From assembly GCA_965204575.1 (NCBI GenBank), contig OZ241993.1, forward strand, positions 192,001 to 256,000: a stretch of 64,000 nucleotides of DNA, read 5' to 3'. This document shows, in pieces, positions 1 through 9,629 of the stretch. The notes below the pieces were generated by a model that was given only the letters and a program-made list of their open reading frames with translations, had not been told where the DNA came from and made no database searches. How positions within the stretch are numbered: the stretch's first letter is position 1; the number at the start of each line of letters is the position of its first letter. Source of the stretch: an uncultured candidatus Porisulfidus sp. Lineage in GTDB: Bacteria; Pseudomonadota; Gammaproteobacteria; Poriferisulfidales; Poriferisulfidaceae. Made by a program: the position numbers and the translations under genes.

Positions 1-380
1 TCGAGCACGGAGGCGAGGAACCGGCTCTCCTGAGGCAGCAGGAACATCCTGCGGTTGACAAAATCGCCCCGGTCCGCGTCGTTCATCACCAAGGCGCCAT
101 CGAAGTCTTCGAGTTGCTGGCCGGTGCGCAGCATGGCGTAGGATGGAATGCTTGTCTTTTCCGGATCGAAGTTCGCCCATTTAAGGTCTTCCGTGCGAAT
201 GAAGTCGCCCTTGGATACCGACCGGTCGAACATGAGATATTCGGGCAACGGCGATGCAATGGCGGCAACAGGCTCCTCCTCGACGGTGATAGCAATATCC
301 GCAGCCTTATCGCCAAGGCGTCCGTAGAGGACGAAACCCAGAATGGCAATGACGAGCAGGGCGATCAGCGTGATTCTCAT
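1..380 (-). CDS. cpaB: Flp pilus assembly protein CpaB/RcpC, 5' part (runs off window start)
   Basis: Manual translation from ATG at 380: MRITLIALLVIAILGFVLYG (TM anchor)...SVSKGDFIRTEDLKW (SAF-like)...ESRFLASVL; directly downstream of flp-cpaA. Confidence 0.7.
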   Translation of the reverse strand, partial: MRITLIALLVIAILGFVLYGRLGDKAADIAITVEEEPVAAIASPLPEYLMFDRSVSKGDFIRTEDLKWANFDPEKTSIPSYAMLRTGQQLEDFDGALVMNDADRGDFVNRRMFLLPQESRFLASVL

Positions 381-395
381 GGCAGCGCGTCCAGG

Positions 396-824
396 TTAGG
401 CTTGCAGAACGACGCTCGCGAGAACGATGGCGATCCCGTAAGGAACGCCCCTGTCAGGGCGTTCGCCGTCTCGTCTTTGCAATACGCGGAGCACGAGATA
501 CGGCAACGTAACCGCCACACCGATGAGCGACATGCAGAGGGCGAACGCGGCCACCTCGCCGACGTGCCACAAGGACAGGCCGAAAAACAACTTCGCGTCG
601 CCGGCCCCGACGAGGTTCAGTTGCCAGACCAGATAGCCGACCGCCAGGACTGCCACGGACTGTTTCAGCGCGGGCATCATCGCGGACCCGGACAGGTGCA
701 GCACGATCAGGCCCGCCACCACCAGGTAGACGACGACCCAGTTATCGATCCGTCGATGACGCCAGTCCGTGTAGCAGACCCACAACCAGACCGGAGCCAG
801 CAGGTACCAGTGCACATTCGCCAA
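396..824 (-). CDS. cpaA: Flp prepilin peptidase CpaA/TadV (peptidase A24)
   Basis: D-W-R-H-R-R-I-D-N, GAGDAKL and C-terminal GVPYGIAI motifs; hydrophobic; adjacent to flp. Confidence 0.85.
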   Translation of the reverse strand: MANVHWYLLAPVWLWVCYTDWRHRRIDNWVVVYLVVAGLIVLHLSGSAMMPALKQSVAVLAVGYLVWQLNLVGAGDAKLFFGLSLWHVGEVAAFALCMSLIGVAVTLPYLVLRVLQRRDGERPDRGVPYGIAIVLASVVLQA

Positions 825-1016
825 TTATTCTTCGGGCGTAGCCTCGGTCGGAACAGCCTCCACCACAGCCTCGAAAATATCGTTGAGCGCAACCCTGAAT
901 GCGCCTTCTTCGGCAACTATCGCGGCGATCGCCACCGCAAGGCCCGCGGCCAGGATGCCGTATTCGATGGACGTAACCCCGTCCCTTCTTTTGAGGAAAT
1001 TGGAAAAAGTTTTCAT
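825..1016 (-). CDS. flp: Flp/Fap type IVb pilin
   Basis: 63 aa, FLKRRDG|VTSIEYGILAA Flp motif followed by a hydrophobic helix; GGAGG RBS upstream. Confidence 0.9.
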   Translation of the reverse strand: MKTFSNFLKRRDGVTSIEYGILAAGLAVAIAAIVAEEGAFRVALNDIFEAVVEAVPTEATPEE

Positions 1017-1071
1017 AGTGTCCCTCCATAATCCGACCCGCATTTTATCAAAATAATAATAATAATACAAG

Positions 1072-1086
1072 TGATAATGATTATTA
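1072..1086. promoter_or_regulatory. Fur box between divergent flp and hmuS
   Basis: TGATAATGATTATTA has one mismatch to the 7-1-7 consensus TGATAATnATTATCA; upstream of haem-uptake genes; preceded by an (AAT)5 array. Confidence 0.75.
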
Positions 1087-1223
1087 ATTGTATTCTATGT
1101 TATACTTCGGGTGAGTAAATGTTGAGACTGTGGGGCCTTGCCGTACTTGCCACGGTCCGACCCTAGAAAATTCGGGGACTATGCCAGCCTACCTCGTCAT
1201 TCAGGAGAACGGGAGGAAATTCC

Positions 1224-2318
1224 ATGAGTCATGCCGCTGAAGACCTGAACGGTTCCGCCGAGGAACTGAAAACACGCTATCAACGGCTGAAGAAAGAGCA
1301 GCCGAAGATTCGCGCCCGCGACGCCGCGCGCGAACTGGGCGTCTCGGAAGGCAGCCTGCTGGCCTCCCGCGTCGGAGAAGATGCGACCCGCCTGGCCGAC
1401 AGCGCCAACGACATCCTGATGGACATCCGGCCACTCGGAGAGGTGATGGCGCTGACCCGCAACGAGTCCTGCGTGCACGAGCGCAAGGGCGTTTACGACA
1501 ACGGCCAGTTCTACAACCACGGCAGCATGGCGATGGGCCTGTTCGTCAACCCGGACATCGACCTGCGCCTGTTCATGAACCACTGGAAGTACAACTTCGC
1601 CGCCATTGAGCAGACCCGCGGCGACCCCCGCAAGAGCCTCCAGTTCTTCGACAAGGAGGGCCAAGCCATCCACAAGGTCTACCTCACCGACAAGTCCGAC
1701 GAGGCTGCCTATGACGCGCTCGTCGACAAGCACCGGCACTCCCGCCAGGACACGGCCATCAAGATCGACGCCTACGCCGAGAAAGCGCCTGACGCGCCGG
1801 ACGACCAAGTGGACTGGGCCGCCTTCCGCACCGCCTGGGAGAGTCTCAAGGACACCCATGACTTCTACCCGATGCTCCGCAAGTTCAAGGTCGGGCGGGA
1901 ACAGGCGCTCATCCGCATCGGCCGGGATTTCGCCTACCCGGTCGGAAACGATTCGGCCCGCCGTATTCTCGACCAAGTCCGCGACCGGCAATGCGAAATG
2001 ATGGTGTTTGTCGGGAACCGCGGCTGCATCCAGATCCATACCGGGCCGGTCAAGAAACTGGCCGAATACGGGCCTTGGTACAACGTGCTCGACCCGATGT
2101 TCAACCTGCACCTGCGGGAAGACCGCATCGCGCGCACCTGGGTGACGAGGAAGCCGACCGAGGACGGCATCGTCACCGCCCTGGAAATCTTCGACGGAGA
2201 CGGCGAACTCATTGCAACCTTTTTCGGCAAGCGCAAGCCCGGCATCCCGGAGCTGGAACTGTGGCGGGAAATTATCGCCGGGATTCCGGCCAGCGTCGAA
2301 GATGTCCATGCCGTCTAA
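1224..2318 (+). CDS. hmuS: Haem utilisation/degradation protein HemS/HmuS/ChuS
   Basis: RARDAARELGVSEG, MALTRN, IDLRLF, SLQFFD, MVFVGNRGCIQIHTG, FNLHLRE motifs; duplicated HemS domain. Confidence 0.93.
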   Translation: MSHAAEDLNGSAEELKTRYQRLKKEQPKIRARDAARELGVSEGSLLASRVGEDATRLADSANDILMDIRPLGEVMALTRNESCVHERKGVYDNGQFYNHGSMAMGLFVNPDIDLRLFMNHWKYNFAAIEQTRGDPRKSLQFFDKEGQAIHKVYLTDKSDEAAYDALVDKHRHSRQDTAIKIDAYAEKAPDAPDDQVDWAAFRTAWESLKDTHDFYPMLRKFKVGREQALIRIGRDFAYPVGNDSARRILDQVRDRQCEMMVFVGNRGCIQIHTGPVKKLAEYGPWYNVLDPMFNLHLREDRIARTWVTRKPTEDGIVTALEIFDGDGELIATFFGKRKPGIPELELWREIIAGIPASVEDVHAV

Positions 2319-2467
2319 GTGGCCTGCCCGCTGGATTTTTGATGGGGGTTGCCGCCAGCGGCCTGATCGCGGTGCTCTCCCAGTGCCTGCAATCCCGTAT
2401 CTTGGCTGATCTTCCACCGGGGGACATCGAATGCCCCCGACCTCCTGATGCGAAACGAAATCGAATC

Positions 2468-3301
2468 ATGAGAACCATCCTGACCTGCTTGACCCTGTTC
2501 CTCGCCTTGCCGGCCCAAGCGGAGGCACCGCAACGGGTCGTCACGATCGGCGGCGCGCTGACCGAAACCGTGTATGCACTGGAGGCGAAAGACCTGATTG
2601 TCGGCAGCGACACGACCAGTTATTACCCCCCGGCAGCAGATAAACTGCCCAAGGTCGGCTACCAGCGCACCCTGTCCACGGAAGGTATCCTGTCACTTAA
2701 TCCCGACCTAGTCATCCTCACTGAAGAGGCCGGACCGCCTTCGGTCCTGCGCCAATTGGAATCGGCAGGGGCCGAACTTCTCATCTTGAAGGCCGGACGC
2801 TCCCTGGAGGACGTCAAGACCAACACCCTGAAAATCGCTCAGGCACTGAACCGCGAGGAAACGGGCGCGGCCCTGATTCGGAAGATCGATGTTGAAAGCC
2901 GGGAACTGGCCCATGCAGTCGCAGGCCTGAAGCATCGGAAACGAGTGATGTTCATCCTGCAGCATGGCGGCGGGGCACCGATGGTGGCAGGAAAAGGTAC
3001 TGCAGCCGACAGCATCATCGCACTTTCCGGAGCCGTCAACGTCGTCCAGGACTACGACGGCTACAAGCCGCTCTCTCCGGAAGCCGCGGTAGCGTTGAGG
3101 CCGGATGTCATCCTCATCACCAAGCGGGGACTGGAGCAGGCAGGCGGGAAAGACTCGCTGCTCAAGACGCCCGGCCTGTCGCTCACGCCCGCGGCACGGC
3201 AAGGCCATGTCGTTGCGATGGATGCCCTGCTGATGCTGGGGTTTGGCCCACGCACGGTGCAGGCGGCTTCAGAGCTTAGCCAGGCATATGAGGGTCCATA
3301 A
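2468..3301 (+). CDS. hmuT: Haem ABC transporter periplasmic binding protein
   Basis: Signal peptide, RVVTIGGALTETVYAL, VGYQRTLSTEGILSLNPD, LGFGPR. Confidence 0.9.
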   Translation: MRTILTCLTLFLALPAQAEAPQRVVTIGGALTETVYALEAKDLIVGSDTTSYYPPAADKLPKVGYQRTLSTEGILSLNPDLVILTEEAGPPSVLRQLESAGAELLILKAGRSLEDVKTNTLKIAQALNREETGAALIRKIDVESRELAHAVAGLKHRKRVMFILQHGGGAPMVAGKGTAADSIIALSGAVNVVQDYDGYKPLSPEAAVALRPDVILITKRGLEQAGGKDSLLKTPGLSLTPAARQGHVVAMDALLMLGFGPRTVQAASELSQAYEGP

Positions 3302-4340
3302 CCTGCTGGCAAAGCGAGCGCATGCGCCATTGCCGCATTTGCGGCTGAAAACCCCGGCCCTGCTGGTATTGAGCGGCCTCTTGTGCGGGACGCTAGTCAT
3401 CGCCGCATCCATCGGCGCCCTTCCGGTTCCGGTTCTGTCTCTGCTGAACGGCGAACTTGCCGAGCAACAGGAGACGGTGCTTTTCTTCATCCGGATTCCG
3501 CGCGTCCTTCTGGCCGCGTTTGTCGGTGCCGCGCTGGCGGTGTCGGGAGCCGCCATGCAAGGACTGTTCCGTAACCCGCTGGCCGACCCCGGGCTGATCG
3601 GCATTTCGAGCGGCGCGGCCTTGGCGGTCGCCGTGGTGATTGTCTTGGCTGGACCGCTCACGGGAGCCTTGGGACTGTACAGCTTGAGTGTTGCCGCCTT
3701 CGCCGGCGGGCTCGCCACCTGCCTGCTGATCTTCCGTTTCGCACAACTTACCGGAACTTTTTCCGTCACCTACATGCTGCTTGCGGGAATCGCCATCAAT
3801 GCGCTGGCCGGAGCCGGGGTTGGCTTCCTGACCTACCTGAGCGACGACCAGCAGTTACGATCCCTGACGTTCTGGACGATGGGCAGCCTTGGAGGAGCAC
3901 TCTGGCTGGCCGTGGGAGTGGCCGCAACAATCATCCTGCCCACCCTGTTCTTCCTGATCCGCAACGCCCGGAAACTCAATATCCTGCTCCTCGGGGAGCA
4001 TGAGGCGCGGCACCTCGGCGTGGACAGCGAGCGGCTGAAACGCGTCATCATCGTCTGCACGGCGCTCTCGGTCGGGGCGGCCGTCGCCGTGAGCGGCATC
4101 ATTGGTTTCATCGGGCTGGTCGTCCCACATCTGATGCGCCTGACCATCGGACCCGACCACCGGCTGTTGCTTCCGGCCTCGGCGCTGTTCGGAGCCTTCC
4201 TGCTGCTGGTGGCCGACACGTTCGCCCGAACCGTGGTGTCCCCTGCGGAAATGCCAGTCGGCATTCTGACCAGCCTGATCGGCGGGCCTTTCTTCCTTTG
4301 GCTGCTCATCCGGGAATACGGTCGGAGGTTCGGTTCGTGA
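3288..4340 (+). CDS. hmuU: Haem ABC transporter permease (FecCD family)
   Basis: IRIPRVLL, QGLFRNPLADPGLIGISSGA, IGFIGLVVPH. Confidence 0.92.
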   Translation: MRVHNLLAKRAHAPLPHLRLKTPALLVLSGLLCGTLVIAASIGALPVPVLSLLNGELAEQQETVLFFIRIPRVLLAAFVGAALAVSGAAMQGLFRNPLADPGLIGISSGAALAVAVVIVLAGPLTGALGLYSLSVAAFAGGLATCLLIFRFAQLTGTFSVTYMLLAGIAINALAGAGVGFLTYLSDDQQLRSLTFWTMGSLGGALWLAVGVAATIILPTLFFLIRNARKLNILLLGEHEARHLGVDSERLKRVIIVCTALSVGAAVAVSGIIGFIGLVVPHLMRLTIGPDHRLLLPASALFGAFLLLVADTFARTVVSPAEMPVGILTSLIGGPFFLWLLIREYGRRFGS

Positions 4341-5131
4341 TCGAAGCAAAAAACCTTTCGTATCACGCTGGGAACACCCTGATCCTGAAAAGCGTGGACG
4401 TCACCGTCAAGCCGGGAGACATCACGGCGATCATCGGCCCGAACGGCGCGGGAAAATCTACGCTCATGAAATGCCTTGCCGCTTCCTGCCAGCCGGACCG
4501 CGGCGTCGTTCTTCTCGAAGGCCGTTCCCTTGCCGACTATTCACTGGATGCCCTTTCCAGAAAGCGGGCCATGCTGTCGCAGTCCAATTCCATCAGTTTC
4601 CCTTTCACCGTGCTTGAGATCGTGATGATGGGACGCAATCCCTACGTGATCGGGGGGAGCCCAGTCGAAGATGTCGAGGTGGTGAAAAAAGCACTCGAAA
4701 GCATGGATGCCTGGCACCTGAAAGACCGCATTTTCCCGACCCTCTCCGGCGGCGAACAGCAACGCGTCCATCTCGCCCGAGTATTGGCGCAACTGTGGGA
4801 ACAGGAAAACGCCTACCTGTTTCTTGATGAACCGACCTCGGCCGTGGATATGAAGCACCAATATCAGGTTTTCGATTTAGCCCGCAGGATGGCCAGGGAA
4901 AGAAACCTGGCGGTTTGCGTAATCCTGCACGATCTGAATCTTGTCCTGCGCTATGCCATGCATTCCATTCTCATGAAAGAAGGTCGAATCTATGCATCGG
5001 GAAGGACGCGTGATGTCCTTACGCCCGAAAACGTCATGGACGTATTTGAAGTGCCGCCCGAATTCTTTTCTGATTCAAAGACGCGGAAGACGCGTCCCGA
5101 TTGGACCGAAGCCCTATATCCGTTGCCGTGA
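4337..5131 (+). CDS. hmuV: Haem ABC transporter ATPase
   Basis: Walker A GPNGAGKST, LSGGEQQRV, LDEPT; GTGA overlap with hmuU. Confidence 0.92.
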   Translation: MIEAKNLSYHAGNTLILKSVDVTVKPGDITAIIGPNGAGKSTLMKCLAASCQPDRGVVLLEGRSLADYSLDALSRKRAMLSQSNSISFPFTVLEIVMMGRNPYVIGGSPVEDVEVVKKALESMDAWHLKDRIFPTLSGGEQQRVHLARVLAQLWEQENAYLFLDEPTSAVDMKHQYQVFDLARRMARERNLAVCVILHDLNLVLRYAMHSILMKEGRIYASGRTRDVLTPENVMDVFEVPPEFFSDSKTRKTRPDWTEALYPLP

Positions 5132-5216
5132 AAACTCTTTCAAACAGGAGTTCACGAAATAGGCAGATTTTCATTGACCGTCTCGTTCGGTCCGAAAGCA
5201 CACCTACATATCAGGT

Positions 5217-6524
5217 TCATTGACGGGGCTTTCGACAGGTTAGCGCGACCGGAATGCCCGGCAGACGATGCACTTGGCGAAATCGATTGGCCAGATAGCG
5301 GCGATAGGTCTGTGGCATCAGTTCAAGGCGTGATCCGTGTAAGACAAGCCGCAACGGATGGTTGCCGCCCTGATGGCCGTACCGGACCTGGATTCTGCCC
5401 CCGCGCACACGGGGAGGAGGATTTTGCTGTACGGCTCGCCGTAGAAAATTGTTGATCTCGGGCGTAGAGAAACCTCGCTCCGCCGCGTCATGCAGCAAGA
5501 CTGCCTCCCGCAGTAGGCGTCCAAGCCCCGAACCCCGAACCCCAGACGTGCGTACGACTGGAAGGTAGGAAGCAAACTGAAGTCGGCGACCCAAACGCTG
5601 TTCAGCCCATGCCTGTTGTTCCGGATCCAGCAAGTCGCACTTGTTGAAGGCCACTATGACGGCGCGACCGGCATCCAAGGCCAATGCGATCAATGCCGCG
5701 TCCTGCTCCGCCACTCCCTGTTCGGAATCAATCACCACCATCGCTACTTGTGCACGCTGAATCGAGCGCAATGCCTGCGCCACACTGAAGCCTTCAAGCG
5801 AATCAGGTTCGACTCGGCTCTTGCGGCGGATTCCAGCCGTATCCACCAGCGTCATTTTCCGGTCTCGGAACTCTAATTGCACGTCAATGCTGTCTCGGGT
5901 CGTTCCCGGTTCCGGGGACACGACTAGCCGATCGCTTTGCAGAAGGCGATTGATCAGAGATGACTTGCCTGCGTTAGGTCGCCCGATCACGGCAATCCGA
6001 ATCCGGCCTTGATCCGGTTCCGGTTCCACTGATTCGGCTTGGGCCGGAATCGCGGATTCCAGCAATGCCAAAACTCCCGAACCCCGTTTCGCACTGATTC
6101 CAAACAATGCGTCCGTGCCAAGTTCGGCAAACTCCGCCACTGCCGCATGCGGGTCGCGTCCGTCTACCTTGTTGACTGCGACCAGAAGCGGCTTGCCGCA
6201 TGTGCGCAGGCGCGCGTGAAGCTCTTGATCGCTGGCTACGCAACCCTCCTGCGCATCCAGTACAAGCACCAGTATGTCGGCCTCTGCAATCGCCTGTTCG
6301 GTTTGCCGCATCAGCCCTTGTTCCATCTCGGTATGGGCTTCGGTCATGCCGCCGGTGTCGACCACGACGAACGTACGGCCATCATGATCCGCCAGCCGGT
6401 AGCGCCGATCCCGGGTCACCCCGGGAACGTCGGCGACCAAAGCGTCCCGACTGCCGGTCAGGCGGTTAAAAAGAGTGGACTTGCCGACATTGGGCCGGCC
6501 GAGCAAGGCGACGACGGGAACCAT
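5217..6524 (-). CDS. der: Ribosome biogenesis GTPase Der
   Basis: Tandem G domains GRPNVGKS and GRPNAGKS, DTGG/DTAG, KH-like tail. Confidence 0.97.
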   Translation of the reverse strand: MVPVVALLGRPNVGKSTLFNRLTGSRDALVADVPGVTRDRRYRLADHDGRTFVVVDTGGMTEAHTEMEQGLMRQTEQAIAEADILVLVLDAQEGCVASDQELHARLRTCGKPLLVAVNKVDGRDPHAAVAEFAELGTDALFGISAKRGSGVLALLESAIPAQAESVEPEPDQGRIRIAVIGRPNAGKSSLINRLLQSDRLVVSPEPGTTRDSIDVQLEFRDRKMTLVDTAGIRRKSRVEPDSLEGFSVAQALRSIQRAQVAMVVIDSEQGVAEQDAALIALALDAGRAVIVAFNKCDLLDPEQQAWAEQRLGRRLQFASYLPVVRTSGVRGSGLGRLLREAVLLHDAAERGFSTPEINNFLRRAVQQNPPPRVRGGRIQVRYGHQGGNHPLRLVLHGSRLELMPQTYRRYLANRFRQVHRLPGIPVALTCRKPRQ

Positions 6525-6539
6525 GGCCGCAAACCCGAA

Positions 6540-7742
6540 TCATGATTCGCCCGCGGCTGTCCCCAGCAACGGCACAAATTGATAGGCCGCAAATCGGCCA
6601 TTGAGGTGCAGCAGGTAAATCCGGTCCAGCCGCACTTGCGGGGGGGCTTGCAGAGGGCCGTCAACCTTGTGGCGTGCGACGATTTCACCATCGGTAATCT
6701 GGAACCAGTGCAGATAGCCTTCGAAATCCACGGCAATGACATGCAGGCCGGTCGGTGCAGGTGCGCTGAGACCCCGGTATGCGAGTTCATCCTGCTCCCA
6801 GTACACGCCACCATTCTTTCGATTCAGCGACCACAGAGTGCTTTGGAGATCGGTCACGTACACGGCCACTTCATCGACCCCCGGGGCATGGAGAGCTTTT
6901 ATTTCTTTCGCCCACAGCAGGTTGCCTTCCACTGTCTCCACCGCACCAACCTGGTTGCTCAGCGCGGCGGCATAGGCTACTCCCTCCATTAGTCGCACCG
7001 GCCCGTCTATGTCTACGACTCGTTCCAGTTCGGTTCGACCGGTTGGAATCGCCAACCGCACCTCCCAGTGCTGCAATCCGCTCTCGGAATCAAATGCAAT
7101 CAGTCGCCCGTCGTCGAATCCGGCTATCAGCCGATCCTCCTGCGCTGCCGGTTCACCTGCACCGCGCAGGGTCAGGCTGGGGCTACTGTGAACATGGCTC
7201 CACAGCAAAGTCCCATCCTCGGCTTTCAGCACGCTCAGGCGGCCATCGTTGCTGTGAACAGCCAAGTAACCGTCCGGCAGGGCCTTCAGGCTCAACACTT
7301 CACTGGGGATGGTCTGCTTCCAGATCTGGGCACCGGTCTCTCGATTCAAGGCGAACACTTCCTGCTCCCAAGTCCCCACGTAGACCTGATGGTCGTCGGC
7401 CGCAACACCCGCCAAGATTGTTCCTTCGACACTGGCTTCCCAGATCCTCGCACCCGTCGAAGCATTCAGTGCGACGACTTCACCGTCATTGGCGGCCAGT
7501 AGCACATGCTCGCGGTCAATCCACGGTGCCACGTGGCTGTCCGGGTCGCTGTACTCGGAACCGACCGAATAATCCCACAGCGGAGTCAACGCAATTCGGT
7601 TGATTACCGGCTGCAGCTCGGCAATGCGCGACGGCTCTTTCTCCCAAAGTTCCTGAATGTCGCCGAGTGGATCGATATCGGCACAGGCCGACAGTCCCAC
7701 CGCGCAGGCGAGCAGCAGGACCGTCGAATCAATTGGCTTCAC
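6540..7742 (-). CDS. bamB: Outer membrane protein assembly factor BamB
   Basis: Lipobox LSAC, PQQ-type beta-propeller repeats, GRTELERVVDID; yfgM-bamB-der synteny; start uncertain. Confidence 0.9.
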   Translation of the reverse strand: MKPIDSTVLLLACAVGLSACADIDPLGDIQELWEKEPSRIAELQPVINRIALTPLWDYSVGSEYSDPDSHVAPWIDREHVLLAANDGEVVALNASTGARIWEASVEGTILAGVAADDHQVYVGTWEQEVFALNRETGAQIWKQTIPSEVLSLKALPDGYLAVHSNDGRLSVLKAEDGTLLWSHVHSSPSLTLRGAGEPAAQEDRLIAGFDDGRLIAFDSESGLQHWEVRLAIPTGRTELERVVDIDGPVRLMEGVAYAAALSNQVGAVETVEGNLLWAKEIKALHAPGVDEVAVYVTDLQSTLWSLNRKNGGVYWEQDELAYRGLSAPAPTGLHVIAVDFEGYLHWFQITDGEIVARHKVDGPLQAPPQVRLDRIYLLHLNGRFAAYQFVPLLGTAAGES

Positions 7743-8361
7743 TCTGCTCTCCGAGTTCGGCAAGCTTCAATTCGAGAAACTTGCTGCTGTTCCCCTTCTC
7801 AAGTGCCTGGACATATTCGTGGCGGGCTTCCTGAGCCCGACCGGACTGCCGGTACAGGTCACCGCGGATCTCGTGCACCAAGCCTTCGTAGCCTTCCAGC
7901 GACACGTTCGACAAAACCGCCAGTCCTTCTTCCCATTGCTGCCGTGCCGCGTACAGCCTCGCGAGGCGCAATGCCGCCACCGGTGCGATCAGCAGGTCGT
8001 CCGAGTTTTCGTATGCCCATCGCAACAGGCGAATCGCCTCTTCCGGCTGTTGGTCTTCCTGGTGCAGTCGGGCGGAAATCAGGCTGGCCATCGAGGCGTA
8101 CACGGTGCCGCCATATTCTTGCCGCAGACGCGCTCCCATTTCGTGGGCCTGCTGCGCCTGTTCACTCTCCAGATGGACCCGGTACTGCTGGTACAAGACG
8201 GCCGCTCCTGTCGCTTCCCGCTCCTGCCAGTAGTCCCAGCCCTTATAGCCTCCAACCCCCCCGAGCGCCAGTCCCGCGCCCAGCAATACCCATACGAGAT
8301 TGGCCTTCCACCAATTCCGGAATTCTTCAAGTTGCTGCTGTTCTTCAGGGCTTAAAGCCAT
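7729..8361 (-). CDS. yfgM: YfgM ancillary SecYEG subunit / TPR protein
   Basis: EEQQQLEEFRNWWKAN plus TM segment, RLARL, EIRGD; synteny. Confidence 0.9.
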   Translation of the reverse strand: MALSPEEQQQLEEFRNWWKANLVWVLLGAGLALGGVGGYKGWDYWQEREATGAAVLYQQYRVHLESEQAQQAHEMGARLRQEYGGTVYASMASLISARLHQEDQQPEEAIRLLRWAYENSDDLLIAPVAALRLARLYAARQQWEEGLAVLSNVSLEGYEGLVHEIRGDLYRQSGRAQEARHEYVQALEKGNSSKFLELKLAELGEQSEAN

Positions 8362-8366
8362 GATTC

Positions 8367-9629
8367 CTATCCAGTCGGGGCAAAGTGTTCGGCGAGAACG
8401 GACCCAGTATTATCCAACAAAATCGTCTGCTGTTCTTCCGGACCCCGCAGGAATTTGAGGACCACGCTTTTCTGGTTCAACTCTTCCTCACCCATTATCA
8501 GGACGGCCCGCGCACCGCTTTTGTCGGCGCGGCGCAACTGTGCCTTCATGCTGCCTGCTTCCATATTCATGCGGATCCGAAGGCCCGGCATCTGCTCCCT
8601 CAACTGCATCCCCAGGGAGCACATGCGCACAGTCGCAGCTTCCCCCAGAGCGACGAGGTAGACATCGACCGCCGCAGCTTCCGCTGCCTCCAAGCATTCG
8701 CGAATTCGTTCCAGCCCGAGCGCAAATCCAGCCGCCGGAGTAGCCCGTCCCCCCAATTGCTCGACTAAGCGGTCATAGCGTCCACCGCCGCCAAGCGCAG
8801 ACTGGGCTCCCAAACCGTCCTCCACCCACTCGAACACGGTGAGGTCGTAGTAATCCAGCCCCCGGACCAGCCTCGGGGCGACGGTGTAGTCGACCCCATG
8901 GGCATCCAGTGTTTCCCTCAAGCCGTCGAAATGCGTCCGGGATTCTGTCCCCAGTAAATCCTCCAACCGGGGGGCTTCCTCCAGCAAGCCCTGAATAGAT
9001 TTCGACTTGCTGTCCAACAATCGCAACGGGTTGGTTTTTAGTCTTCGGCGGTCATCTTCCTCCAATTGCGATTCAAACTGCGAGAAATACTCCACCAGCT
9101 GCTTCCGCCAAGCTAGACGCTCATCCAGATTCCCCAACGTATTCAAAATCAGGCGAGGAGACAGGCCGAGCCGCTGCCAACCCTGCTGGCCCAGCAGGAG
9201 AATTTCAGCATCAATGTCCGGTCCGCACATGCCAAAGGTTTCCACTCCGAACTGGTCGAATTGGCGCAGGCGGCCTTTCTGTGGGCGCTCATGCCGGAAA
9301 AACGAACCCAAGTACCACAAGCGCTGCTGCCGGTTGGGGGTCAGTCCATGTTGGATCGCCGCGCGCACGCAACCCGCCGTCCCCTCCGGTCGCAGGCTCA
9401 AAGACTCTCCATTGCGGTCTTCGAAGGTATACATCTCTTTTTCGACAATGTCGGTCGTCTCTCCGATGGATCGCTGGAATAGCGCGGTAGACTCCACCAA
9501 TGGGAAGCGGATTTCCTCATATCCGAATCCACGTGCCGCGTCGATCCACACTTGCTCGATCCGGCGCCGGATCTGAGCTTCGTCCGGTAGGACATCGTGC
9601 ATCCCGCGCACCGATTGCAGACGACTCAT
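8367..9629 (-). CDS. hisS: Histidine--tRNA ligase
   Basis: RGMHD, LRPEGTAG, FRHERPQKGR, LVRGLDYY, GGGRYD. Confidence 0.98.
   Translation of the reverse strand: MSRLQSVRGMHDVLPDEAQIRRRIEQVWIDAARGFGYEEIRFPLVESTALFQRSIGETTDIVEKEMYTFEDRNGESLSLRPEGTAGCVRAAIQHGLTPNRQQRLWYLGSFFRHERPQKGRLRQFDQFGVETFGMCGPDIDAEILLLGQQGWQRLGLSPRLILNTLGNLDERLAWRKQLVEYFSQFESQLEEDDRRRLKTNPLRLLDSKSKSIQGLLEEAPRLEDLLGTESRTHFDGLRETLDAHGVDYTVAPRLVRGLDYYDLTVFEWVEDGLGAQSALGGGGRYDRLVEQLGGRATPAAGFALGLERIRECLEAAEAAAVDVYLVALGEAATVRMCSLGMQLREQMPGLRIRMNMEAGSMKAQLRRADKSGARAVLIMGEEELNQKSVVLKFLRGPEEQQTILLDNTGSVLAEHFAPTG

Noticed and set aside
114-1031. 305-aa plus-strand ORF, and similar long ORFs such as 1197-2417(-), 46396-47892(+), 53226-54347(+), 60607-62271(+)
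   Set aside because: Antisense shadows of well-supported genes in GC-rich DNA; no recognisable motifs
1017-1070. MYYYYY N-terminal extension of Flp in the ORF track
   Set aside because: Artefact of the (AAT)5 promoter array; the RBS supports the ATG at 1016
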